A stretch of 43,290 nt of DNA from an uncultured Candidatus Bathyarchaeia archaeon (GTDB taxonomy: Archaea > Thermoproteota > Bathyarchaeia > Hecatellales > Hecatellaceae): NCBI GenBank assembly GCA_964485425.1, contig CAZAJK010000001.1:1-43290 (forward strand), given 5' to 3'. Shown here piece after piece: positions 17,406 to 25,094 of this stretch; position 1 is the stretch's first letter, and every line of letters begins with the position of its first letter. A program made the position numbers and the translations under genes. The notes under the pieces were generated by a model that made no database searches, was not told the origin of the DNA, and saw only the letters and a program-made list of their open reading frames with translations.

Positions 17406-18434
17406 TTAAATTACTTGGGTAACCCTGGCAAGCTTCTCGGCTGAAGCCCTAGTTAAACCCTTCTCACCTAGAATCGTATATCTTTCAGGCCTAACCTGAT
17501 GGGCTATAGTTAAAGCCTCAACAACGTCTTCAGCTGAAACCCCAAGTTCAGCCGCTGTGACCGGCGCCCCTACCCTCCTGAGAACCTCCCTTATCCTCCT
17601 CCACCTAAGCTTGTGCAGGTAAGCCATCATGATGGCGCCAACCCCGCAACGTTCACCATGTAAGGCCTTCCCAGGAGCCACCCTCTCTAGGGCGTGGCTG
17701 AAGAGATGCTCGGAGCCGCTGCAGGGCCTAGAACTTCCCGCTATGCTCATGGCTACCCCGCAGCTTATCAAAGCCTCCACCACGGTGCGTAAGCCCTCCT
17801 CGGATCCCTCTCCAATGATGGCTGAATTCCTAGCCACCAGCTTAGCGCTCATGAGGGCTAGGTTAGCCGCGTAGTCCCCGTAGTATTCCCCGCGAAGCTG
17901 GTGGGCCAGCCACCAGTCTCGGACTGCTGTAAACTTGGCTAAAATGTCCCCGCAGCCGCTAGCCGTCAACCTGTAGGGAGCCTTAAGAATAACGTCGATG
18001 TCGGCGACAATGGCCATGGGAGCCTGAGCCCTCACCGAGGTTAAGCCTTCAACGTTTCTAATGGAGGCTTGGGGGCTTGCTATCCCATCATGGGAGGCTG
18101 CGGTTGGACAGCTTATAAAGGGTATGCCAGCCTTAGCTGATGCAAGCTTGGCAACATCGATAACCTTTCCTCCCCCAACGCCTATTGCCAAGTTTACCCT
18201 CCTCAAGGCTTCTACAGCCCTCTCAACGCTTGAAGTTGAAGCCTCCTCAACCAGGATGTGGGAAGCCTCCAAACCTTGTTCTGCCAGCGAGCTCAGCACG
18301 GTTTTGCCGGCTACATGGTAGGTGTGGGGGCCTGTTAGGACGAGAACCCTGCCTTTAAACCCCATCTCAACGCAGAGCTTACCCACGGTTTCCAAAACCT
18401 TAGAGCCTACGATAACTTTCCTAGGCAGCTCCAT
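17406..18434 (-). CDS. egsA: sn-glycerol-1-phosphate dehydrogenase
   Basis: Fe-ADH/DHQS-like fold with GVGGGKVIDVAK. Length of 342 aa and lipid context fit archaeal EgsA. Confidence 0.85.
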   Translation of the reverse strand: MELPRKVIVGSKVLETVGKLCVEMGFKGRVLVLTGPHTYHVAGKTVLSSLAEQGLEASHILVEEASTSSVERAVEALRRVNLAIGVGGGKVIDVAKLASAKAGIPFISCPTAASHDGIASPQASIRNVEGLTSVRAQAPMAIVADIDVILKAPYRLTASGCGDILAKFTAVRDWWLAHQLRGEYYGDYAANLALMSAKLVARNSAIIGEGSEEGLRTVVEALISCGVAMSIAGSSRPCSGSEHLFSHALERVAPGKALHGERCGVGAIMMAYLHKLRWRRIREVLRRVGAPVTAAELGVSAEDVVEALTIAHQVRPERYTILGEKGLTRASAEKLARVTQVI

Positions 18435-18460
18435 GGAGTGGATTCTCCGAGATGACAGGT

Positions 18461-19222
18461 TTAACGCCTCCTAGCAGCCTTAACGGCTTCAACCAATTCT
18501 CCAATCTTCCTCTCGGAGCCCTCAGCTTCCTCAACTATTGTCCCGGTAACTATGATGTCGGCTCCAGCCTTAACAGCCGCCTCAGCCTGCCTTCCACTGC
18601 GAATGCCTCCACCAACAATTAGAGGAACCTCAACAGCCGCTCTCACCTTTGAAACCACTTCAGGCGGGATGGGCTGCTCAGCTCCGGAGCCAGCCTCAAG
18701 GTAGATTAACCGCTTCCCTAGGTATTGGCCTGCTAAGGCGTAGGCTTGGGCTAAGGAAGGCTTGGAGTAGGGGATAGGCCTAGCATACCCTATGAAGCCT
18801 GCTGCTCCACCAGGCCCCATAATGATGTAGCCGAGGGGAATAGCTTCTAGGCCAAGCCTTCTAACTAGGGGTGCAGCTATAGCCTGAGCATCGATTAGGA
18901 AGTATGGGTTGGCTGAGTTAAGTAGGCTCATGAAGAAGATAGCGTCGGCGTAGCCTGAGAGGCCCGTAATGTTTCCGGGGAAAAGTATGAGGGGTATCTC
19001 CACCTTCTCCTTAATGGCTTTAGCCGCAGCGTCTAGGTCTATCTGGGAGGCTATGGTTGAGCCTCCTAGGAGGATGGCTGAGCTTCCAGCCTTTTCAGCT
19101 CTTTCAGCCGTTCTCGCAGCCTCAGCTGGCGAAGCCTTTTCAGGGTCTATTAGCGTGAAGTGGAGGGCTCCCTCAGCTTTAAGCTTCTCGTAGATGTAGG
19201 TTTCAACCCTTCCGGGTTTCAG
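18461..19222 (-). CDS. geranylgeranylglyceryl phosphate synthase (PcrB/GGGPS family), apparent CTG start
   Basis: My manual translation upstream of the tracked GTG 19003 gives VETYIYEKLKAEGALHFTLIDPEK...ILLGGS, the conserved GGGPS N-terminus. It is followed by ILFPGN, FFMSLLNS, YLEAGSG and IVGGGIR. There is no ATG/GTG/TTG in frame after the TGA at 19229-19231. CTG 19222 has GGGAGGA upstream. Confidence 0.8.
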   Translation of the reverse strand: MKPGRVETYIYEKLKAEGALHFTLIDPEKASPAEAARTAERAEKAGSSAILLGGSTIASQIDLDAAAKAIKEKVEIPLILFPGNITGLSGYADAIFFMSLLNSANPYFLIDAQAIAAPLVRRLGLEAIPLGYIIMGPGGAAGFIGYARPIPYSKPSLAQAYALAGQYLGKRLIYLEAGSGAEQPIPPEVVSKVRAAVEVPLIVGGGIRSGRQAEAAVKAGADIIVTGTIVEEAEGSERKIGELVEAVKAARRR

Positions 19223-19228
19223 GCTTCT

Positions 19229-20416
19229 TCATCCTCCCATAGCCTTAAGCAAAGCCTTCCCAAGCCTCTCAGCAAAAGCCGGATACTTTAAAAGCTTAGA
19301 GCCAACCCTCGCAAGGTCGAAGCCGTTAGCTAAATCAACTATGTCCCGGCCGTCTAAAACCTCAGCCAGCATGTTCAAGTCTTCGTCGCTCAGGTTTTCT
19401 ATGAGTCTTAGAGCGGTTAGGCTTCGATAGATTCTATTGCTCCAGAAAGCATAACGCTTGGGGTAGTCGACGAATCTGACTCCACCCTCTACAGCCGCCC
19501 TACCAGCAAGCTCACCGGCAATTTTACCAGCCATAATGGAGCTGTGAATCCCTCCACCCGTAAGCGGGATAACCTGGCCTGCCGCATCACCACATAGCAT
19601 TAAATCTTCTCCATGGAATTTGGGAATTAACCCGCTTATGGGGACGGGGGCCCCGCCAACCTCCACTATCCTAGCTTTACCGAACATTTCCGGATGTCTC
19701 TCGATAAACCTGTCAAGGTATGGTTTAGCTGGAGCGCCTCTAACCCCGACGCCGACATTCGCCTCCTCCTCGCTTTTCGGGAAAACCCAGACATAGCCTT
19801 TAGGAGCCACCTCCCTACCTACATAGGCTGCTGGAAGCTCAGGCTCACCTAGCCTGCAACCCACCATCTTATACTGGATGCATGGGATGATCTCGTAGCC
19901 CCTCCGCTCAAAGAATGTTTGAGCCACCAGCGAAGCCACACCATCGCAGCCGAGCAGATACCTAGCCTCAACCGTCAAGTTTTCCCCAAACCTGTTTAGG
20001 GCAAGCTTGAAGCCTCCCCCAGATCTCCGCTGAACAGCCTTAACCTCGCAACGCATCCAGATCTGAGCTCCAGCTTCAGCTGCCTTCGCAGCCATAAACC
20101 TTAGGAAGATAGGCTTCTCCAGGATGTATCCTTCGCCGAAGCCTAGGTCTTCTGAAAGGATTTCAACCCGCTTAGATTCGTCTGGAGCGTAAACTATGAA
20201 GCCTCTCACCTTGTTGGCTATGAACTTGGGTGAAGGCTGAATTTCAGCGTCCTTAAGCGTGGAGGCTGAGACAGCTTCACCGCAGGGTTTAGCTCCTAGA
20301 CGGTGCTCCTTTTCAACGATGAGGACGTTGGCGCCTCTTTCAGCGGCCTTCCTCCCAGCCATTAAGCCTGCCGGTCCAGCCCCTACAACAACCACGTCAA
20401 AGCTTAAACTTGCCAT
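19229..20416 (-). CDS. geranylgeranyl reductase (digeranylgeranylglycerophospholipid reductase)
   Basis: FAD fingerprint DVVVVGAGPAGLMAGRKAAERG and LCGDAAGQVIPLTGGGI. About 395 aa, typical of archaeal GGR. Confidence 0.85.
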   Translation of the reverse strand: MASLSFDVVVVGAGPAGLMAGRKAAERGANVLIVEKEHRLGAKPCGEAVSASTLKDAEIQPSPKFIANKVRGFIVYAPDESKRVEILSEDLGFGEGYILEKPIFLRFMAAKAAEAGAQIWMRCEVKAVQRRSGGGFKLALNRFGENLTVEARYLLGCDGVASLVAQTFFERRGYEIIPCIQYKMVGCRLGEPELPAAYVGREVAPKGYVWVFPKSEEEANVGVGVRGAPAKPYLDRFIERHPEMFGKARIVEVGGAPVPISGLIPKFHGEDLMLCGDAAGQVIPLTGGGIHSSIMAGKIAGELAGRAAVEGGVRFVDYPKRYAFWSNRIYRSLTALRLIENLSDEDLNMLAEVLDGRDIVDLANGFDLARVGSKLLKYPAFAERLGKALLKAMGG

Positions 20417-20455
20417 CTAGCATCCCTTTAACCTTCAATTTTCAAGCCTTCAACA

Positions 20456-20475
20456 GGAATATTAAGTTTCCGGGC
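20456..20475 (-). promoter_or_regulatory. candidate BRE/TATA for the leftward lipid operon (GGR first)
   Basis: The minus strand reads GCCCGGAAACTTAATATTCC: a purine-rich BRE-like GGAAAC followed by TTAATATT. It is centred about 46 nt upstream of ATG 20416. Confidence 0.3.
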
Positions 20476-20498
20476 TACGAATAAGGTTATATGGGTGG

Positions 20499-20515
20499 CT
20501 GGGAATATTTTTAGG
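20499..20515 (+). promoter_or_regulatory. candidate BRE/TATA for the rightward lipid operon (Tes homologue first)
   Basis: CTGGGAATATTTTTAGG. An expected TSS near 20535-20540 would leave SD GGTGAT (20552-20557) inside a short leader. Confidence 0.3.
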
Positions 20516-20562
20516 CGTTAAAGATTGAATAGACTTATGCTTCCCATGCTTGGTGATGGCTT

Positions 20563-22158
20563 CTGACAACCCTCATAACCTATCCAAAACTAGCCGAGGC
20601 TGAAAAGGTTTTAACGGAAACCTTAAGCCTCTGCCCAGAATGCCTACGCCTCTTAAAGGCTCAGGTTTACGAGGCGAATGGGAAGGTTTGGATAACCAAG
20701 GTTTGCCCGGAACATGGTGAATTCACCGACCTTTACTGGGGTTCAGCCCAAATGTATCATCGAGCAGAGAAATATGCTAGGGATGGAAGAGGCATTGAAA
20801 ACCCTCAAATCTTGAAGGATAAGCCTGTTTGCCCCATGGACTGCGGCCTCTGCCGCATCCACATGACGCATACGCTGCTGGCGAACCTAGTCGTAACCAA
20901 CCGATGCGACCTTAACTGCTGGTATTGCTTCTTCTACGCTGAGCGGGCTGGCTATGTTTACGAGCCAACCCTCGACCAGATTAGGTTTATGGTTAGGGTT
21001 TTAAGGCAGCTTAAACCCATACCTGCCAAGGCTATTCAGCTTACCGGCGGTGAGCCAACCCTCCGAGAAGACCTCATAGACATCATTCGAATATGTAAGG
21101 AGGAAGGCATGGACCATGTTCAGCTTAACACTGACGGGCTGAGGCTCGCCACAAACCCTGAGCTAGCCATTCGCGTTAGAAAGGCTGGAGTGAACACTGT
21201 TTACCTCAGCTACGATGGAACTACGGCTAAGACTAACCCGAAAAACCACTGGGAAATTCCCTCCATACTTGAGAATTGTAGGAAGGCTGGCTTAGGCATA
21301 GTCTTGGTGCCGACGGTTATTAATACAGTGAATGATGGGGAATGCGGGCCTATCGTTAAGTTCGCCCTCGACAACATTGACATTATTAGGGGTGTAAACT
21401 TTCAGCCTGTTTCACTGGTGGGTAGGGTTCCGAGAAGCGAGAGGGAGCGCTTCAGGATAACCATTCCAGACGTGATTAAGCGGATTGAAGAATATTTCAA
21501 CGGGGAAATAGGGGAGGAAGACTTCTACCCTGTGCCTTGCACCATCCCCATCAGCGAGTTCGTGGAGGCGTTGGTTGGGAAGCCGAAGTTTGAAATGTCC
21601 GTTCACTTCGCCTGCGGAATGGCCACCTACCTCTTCAAGGATGACGGGAAAATTATACCTCTTCCAAGATTTGTCGACGTGGAAGGCTTTTTTGAGTATT
21701 TGGCTGAGAAGGCTGAGGAGCTTAGGAGGGGTAAGAATAAGTATAGGGTGCTGGCTGGCATGCTGTTTAAGCTTGGAAGCTTCATCGACAAGGAGAAGCA
21801 GCCTAAGGGGATTAATCTGCCCAGGATCCTCTTCAACATCTTTCTGAAGCATGATTATCGGGCTTTAGGGGTTTTCCACCATAAGACGCTTTTCGTGGGG
21901 ATGATGCACTTCCAAGACCTTTACAACTGGGATATTGAAAGGGTTAAACGCTGCGGGATACACTATGTAGTCCCCGATGGGAGAATAATCCCCTTCTGCA
22001 CCTTCAACGTTATCCCCCAATGGTATCGAGACAAAATCCATAAGGAATACGGCATACCCATCGAGGAATGGGAGAAACGGACGGGCAGAAAGCTTAAGGA
22101 CGACTATTACAGGAGGCCTGGCGGAGCAAGGCCTGAAGCTGAACCTCCAAGCAGTTAA
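20563..22158 (+). CDS. tes: radical SAM tetraether lipid synthase homologue (Tes / GDGT-MAS family), apparent CTG start
   Basis: Radical SAM motif CDLNCWYC, a second Cys cluster CPMDCGLC, and an N-terminal Zn-ribbon CPEC...CPEH. The ribbon lies upstream of the tracked ATG 20752 in the same frame. Overall similarity, from memory, to MJ0619-type enzymes. No ATG/GTG/TTG in frame between TGA 20554 and 20752. Confidence 0.7.
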   Translation: MTTLITYPKLAEAEKVLTETLSLCPECLRLLKAQVYEANGKVWITKVCPEHGEFTDLYWGSAQMYHRAEKYARDGRGIENPQILKDKPVCPMDCGLCRIHMTHTLLANLVVTNRCDLNCWYCFFYAERAGYVYEPTLDQIRFMVRVLRQLKPIPAKAIQLTGGEPTLREDLIDIIRICKEEGMDHVQLNTDGLRLATNPELAIRVRKAGVNTVYLSYDGTTAKTNPKNHWEIPSILENCRKAGLGIVLVPTVINTVNDGECGPIVKFALDNIDIIRGVNFQPVSLVGRVPRSERERFRITIPDVIKRIEEYFNGEIGEEDFYPVPCTIPISEFVEALVGKPKFEMSVHFACGMATYLFKDDGKIIPLPRFVDVEGFFEYLAEKAEELRRGKNKYRVLAGMLFKLGSFIDKEKQPKGINLPRILFNIFLKHDYRALGVFHHKTLFVGMMHFQDLYNWDIERVKRCGIHYVVPDGRIIPFCTFNVIPQWYRDKIHKEYGIPIEEWEKRTGRKLKDDYYRRPGGARPEAEPPSS

Positions 22159-22194
22159 CCTTTTCCAAGCTTACCTTCCGGCGGGCTGAACCTT

Positions 22195-23043
22195 TTGAAG
22201 GTTAAAGCCTACTTCCGCCTGCTTAGGCCTCCCAACTGCGCCATGATGGGCCTGGCAGTCCTGGTAGGCGAATACCTAACCCTTGGCAGGCTTGACTCCT
22301 GGGCAAGCCTCCTCGGCTTTTTAACAGCCTTCACCCTTACAGGAGGCTCCATGGCGGCTAACGACTACTTTGACAGGGAAGTCGACAGGGTTAACGAGCC
22401 TACAAGGCCCATTCCAAGCGGGCAGGTTAAGCCTGGTGAGGCCTTAATGTTGGCATCCATTATGGGGCTTCTCGGGCTTTTTTCCGCCTTTGCCAGCTGG
22501 ATCTTCTTCGGCGGCTGGCTTGCACCTATGGTAGCTGGAGCCTCCTTCGCCCTGGCAATTTACTATAATGGTTGGGGGAAGCGCTTCGGCCTTTTAGGAA
22601 ACCTTATGGTTAGCGCCTGTGTGGCCATTCCCTTCCTTTATGGAGCTTTCATGGTTGGGGTTATGCCAAGCCTAGCTTTAATGTTCTTCGCAGCCATGGC
22701 CTTCCTATCTAACACGGGGAGAGAAGTCTTGAAAGGCATGGCCGACGTGGAGGGCGATAGGCTTCGTAAGGTTAAAACCATAGCCATCCAGTGTGGGTTA
22801 AAGGCTGCAGCTATAGCTGCCTCAGCTTTCTACGTAGCCGCAGTCGTCTTAAGCGTTTTCCCGCCAGCCTTAAACCTGGTCTCAGTTTACTATGTTCCTC
22901 CGGTGGCTGGCTGCTGCCTAGGCTTCGCCTATATCAGCCTGAAAATCCTTTCAAAACCGAGAGTTGAGGAGGCTAAGCGGCTTAAGAAGCTAAGCCTCTT
23001 ATCCATGCTTCTAGGCCTCATAGGATTTATGGTTGGGGTTTAG
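22195..23043 (+). CDS. digeranylgeranylglyceryl phosphate synthase (UbiA prenyltransferase family)
   Basis: NDYFDREVDRVNEPTRPIPSG (UbiA Asp-rich motif) and about 8 TM segments. N-terminus YFRLLRPPNCAMMGLAVLVG. TTG start. Confidence 0.8.
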   Translation: MKVKAYFRLLRPPNCAMMGLAVLVGEYLTLGRLDSWASLLGFLTAFTLTGGSMAANDYFDREVDRVNEPTRPIPSGQVKPGEALMLASIMGLLGLFSAFASWIFFGGWLAPMVAGASFALAIYYNGWGKRFGLLGNLMVSACVAIPFLYGAFMVGVMPSLALMFFAAMAFLSNTGREVLKGMADVEGDRLRKVKTIAIQCGLKAAAIAASAFYVAAVVLSVFPPALNLVSVYYVPPVAGCCLGFAYISLKILSKPRVEEAKRLKKLSLLSMLLGLIGFMVGV

Positions 23044-23045
23044 CT

Positions 23046-23624
23046 TTGCCCATATTCGCGGTTGAACATTTAGAAGCCGAGCTTGGCCGCTGGCTTCTAA
23101 TCGAATACCTGCACGGCGCTGAACTCGTTAAACCTTACAGGCTTTTGATAACGAATGTGAGGAAAGCCGAGGACAGGGAAACTCTGAGAGCTATGGGTTT
23201 AAATGTTGAGGGAGTCCGGGTTTTCGAGCTATTTAACCCTAGGAGGCTTTTGATTTTAGATCCTCAGGCTGAAGGTTTGCTTCAACCCTCAGACTTTAAA
23301 GGTGTTGAGGTTGTAGTTGTGGGGGGCATTTTAGGCGATCATCCGCCTAGGGGTAGAACAAAACGTTTCCTAGCAAGCCTTTGCCCGGAGGCTAAGGTTA
23401 GAAGCCTCGGTAAGCTTCAGTTCACGATTGATGGCGCCCTTTTTATGGCTAGGAGAGTTTATGAGGGCTTCAGGCTAGAGGAGATCCCCACGGTTGAGGG
23501 TTTCTCGCTTAGGGTTTCAAGCAGCCATGAAATTTACCTGCCCTATGGTTATCCGCTGGTGGGTGGGAAGCCGCTTATCTCTCCAAGACTGGTAGAATAT
23601 CTATTGGAGTCTGGAGAAGCCTGA
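23046..23624 (+). CDS. SPOUT-fold methyltransferase-like protein (Sfm1 / DUF431, PF04252-like)
   Basis: FAVEHLEAELGRWLLIEYLH and VVVGGILGDHPPRGRTKRF closely parallel yeast Sfm1 (IIEHMEEGFSEWVILEY and FGGILGDHPPRDRTKEL, recalled from memory). TTG start 2 nt after the DGGGPS stop. Confidence 0.7.
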   Translation: MPIFAVEHLEAELGRWLLIEYLHGAELVKPYRLLITNVRKAEDRETLRAMGLNVEGVRVFELFNPRRLLILDPQAEGLLQPSDFKGVEVVVVGGILGDHPPRGRTKRFLASLCPEAKVRSLGKLQFTIDGALFMARRVYEGFRLEEIPTVEGFSLRVSSSHEIYLPYGYPLVGGKPLISPRLVEYLLESGEA

Positions 23625-23753
23625 TGTCAAGTCTTTCAGGCCTAGAAGCTTTCCCGTCTCCCCGGATCGCTGCAAATTTCCTCATAATAGGTGGATAGGT
23701 AACTTCTTAGGCTTGAAGCTAGTCTTTGAATTTATGTTTCCGGTGGGCTTGAA

Positions 23754-25094
23754 ATGGTCGACCTTAGAAGCTTCCTTTCAAGGCTTGAGGCGGATGGAGA
23801 GCTTAAAAGAATTAGAGTTGAGGTTTCACCTAGGTTTGAGGCTGCCGCCGTGATTAGAAGGCTTGAGGCTGAAGCCGCCATACTTTTTGAGAGGGTTAAA
23901 GGTTCAAATCTGCCTGTGGTGGCTGGTGTTTGCGCAGCTAGGCAGAGGCTTTTCAAAGCTTTAGGGGTTAAGGGGAGCCTGGAATTTTATAGGAGGCTTC
24001 TAGAGGCTTTGGATAACCCTTTAAGATGCGAGGTAGCCGACGACGGACCTGTCTTGGAGGTTTCTGAGGAACCCGACTTAACTAGGCTTCCCATCCTCAC
24101 CCATTATGAGGGGGATGGTGGACCCTACATTACAGCTAGCCTAGTAGCTGCCAGAAGCCCTGATGGAAAGGTGGAAAACGTTTCCATCCATAGGCTTAGG
24201 GTGCTTGACAGGCGAAGGCTTGCCGTTAGGCTTGTCCCCCGCCACCTGCATAAGCTCCATGCTGAAGCCCGGGAGGCAAATAAACCTTTGGAGGTAGCTG
24301 TTGCCATCGGTGTCCATCCAACATTAATGGTGGCCGCCGCCTCCCCAGCAGCCTTTGGGGTCAGCGAATACGGGGTAGCCAATAGGCTTATGGGTGGAGC
24401 TCTTAAACTTGTGAGGTGCCCAGACGTTGAGGCCTATGCCCCGGCTGAGGCTGAAATAGTCTTGGAGGGCTACATTCAGCCTGGTGTGGAGGCTGAGGAG
24501 GGACCCTTCACCGATGTTACTGGAACCTACGACATTGTGAGAAGGCAGCCTGTCATCGAGGTTAAGAGGGTTCTTCGAAGGAGAGAAGCCATTTACCAGG
24601 CTTTACTCCCCGCGGGGCTGGAGCATAGGCTCCTCATGGGGATAGGCTTGGAAGCTAAGATTTGGGATGCTGTTCGAAGGGTGGTTCCAGAGGTGGGGGG
24701 AGTATATTTAACCCCTGGTGGAGGGGGATGGCTTCACGCCACAATTGCCATTAGGAAGCAGGTGGAAGGTGATGGTAAAAACGCTATATTGGCAGCCTTC
24801 ACAGCACATCCAAGCCTCAAACACGTGGTGGTTGTAGACTTAGACGTAAATGTTTATAGCCTTGAGGAGGTGGAATGGGCTTTAGCTACGAGGTTTCAGG
24901 GCGACCGAGACCTCGTGGTAATTTCGCATGCGAGGGGTTCAAGCCTAGACCCTTCGGGTGATCCAAATACGGGTCTGACTTCGAAGGTTGGCTTTGACGC
25001 TACGAGGCCGTTAAATCTCCCAGAGGAGAGGTTTAGGAGGGCTACTATTCCTGGGGAGGCTGAAGCCTGTAGGCGTATCCTCGGTGGGGAATAA
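23754..25094 (+). CDS. UbiD-family decarboxylase, probable trans-anhydromevalonate 5-phosphate decarboxylase
   Basis: UbiD fold (EEGPFTDVTGTY and GGGWLHATIAIRK). About 446 aa. Immediately precedes the aconitase-X subunits and IPK. Confidence 0.8.
   Translation: MVDLRSFLSRLEADGELKRIRVEVSPRFEAAAVIRRLEAEAAILFERVKGSNLPVVAGVCAARQRLFKALGVKGSLEFYRRLLEALDNPLRCEVADDGPVLEVSEEPDLTRLPILTHYEGDGGPYITASLVAARSPDGKVENVSIHRLRVLDRRRLAVRLVPRHLHKLHAEAREANKPLEVAVAIGVHPTLMVAAASPAAFGVSEYGVANRLMGGALKLVRCPDVEAYAPAEAEIVLEGYIQPGVEAEEGPFTDVTGTYDIVRRQPVIEVKRVLRRREAIYQALLPAGLEHRLLMGIGLEAKIWDAVRRVVPEVGGVYLTPGGGGWLHATIAIRKQVEGDGKNAILAAFTAHPSLKHVVVVDLDVNVYSLEEVEWALATRFQGDRDLVVISHARGSSLDPSGDPNTGLTSKVGFDATRPLNLPEERFRRATIPGEAEACRRILGGE

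Noticed and set aside
19229-19231. TGA read-through or recoding producing a GGR-GGGPS fusion
   Set aside because: TGA clearly ends other genes in this window (23622-24, 27492-94 and the DUF35 gene). A correctly spaced SD plus CTG downstream offers a simpler explanation.
19230-19232. ATG 19232 (ATGA overlap with the GGR stop) and ATG 20556 as the true starts of GGGPS and Tes via a +1 frameshift or assembly indel
   Set aside because: Both ATGs are out of frame and abut or overlap the SD-like element, so the spacing is far too short. No mid-gene frameshift is visible in about 48 other CDS, which makes two start-proximal indels unlikely. I keep this as the main alternative in the findings rather than as the call.
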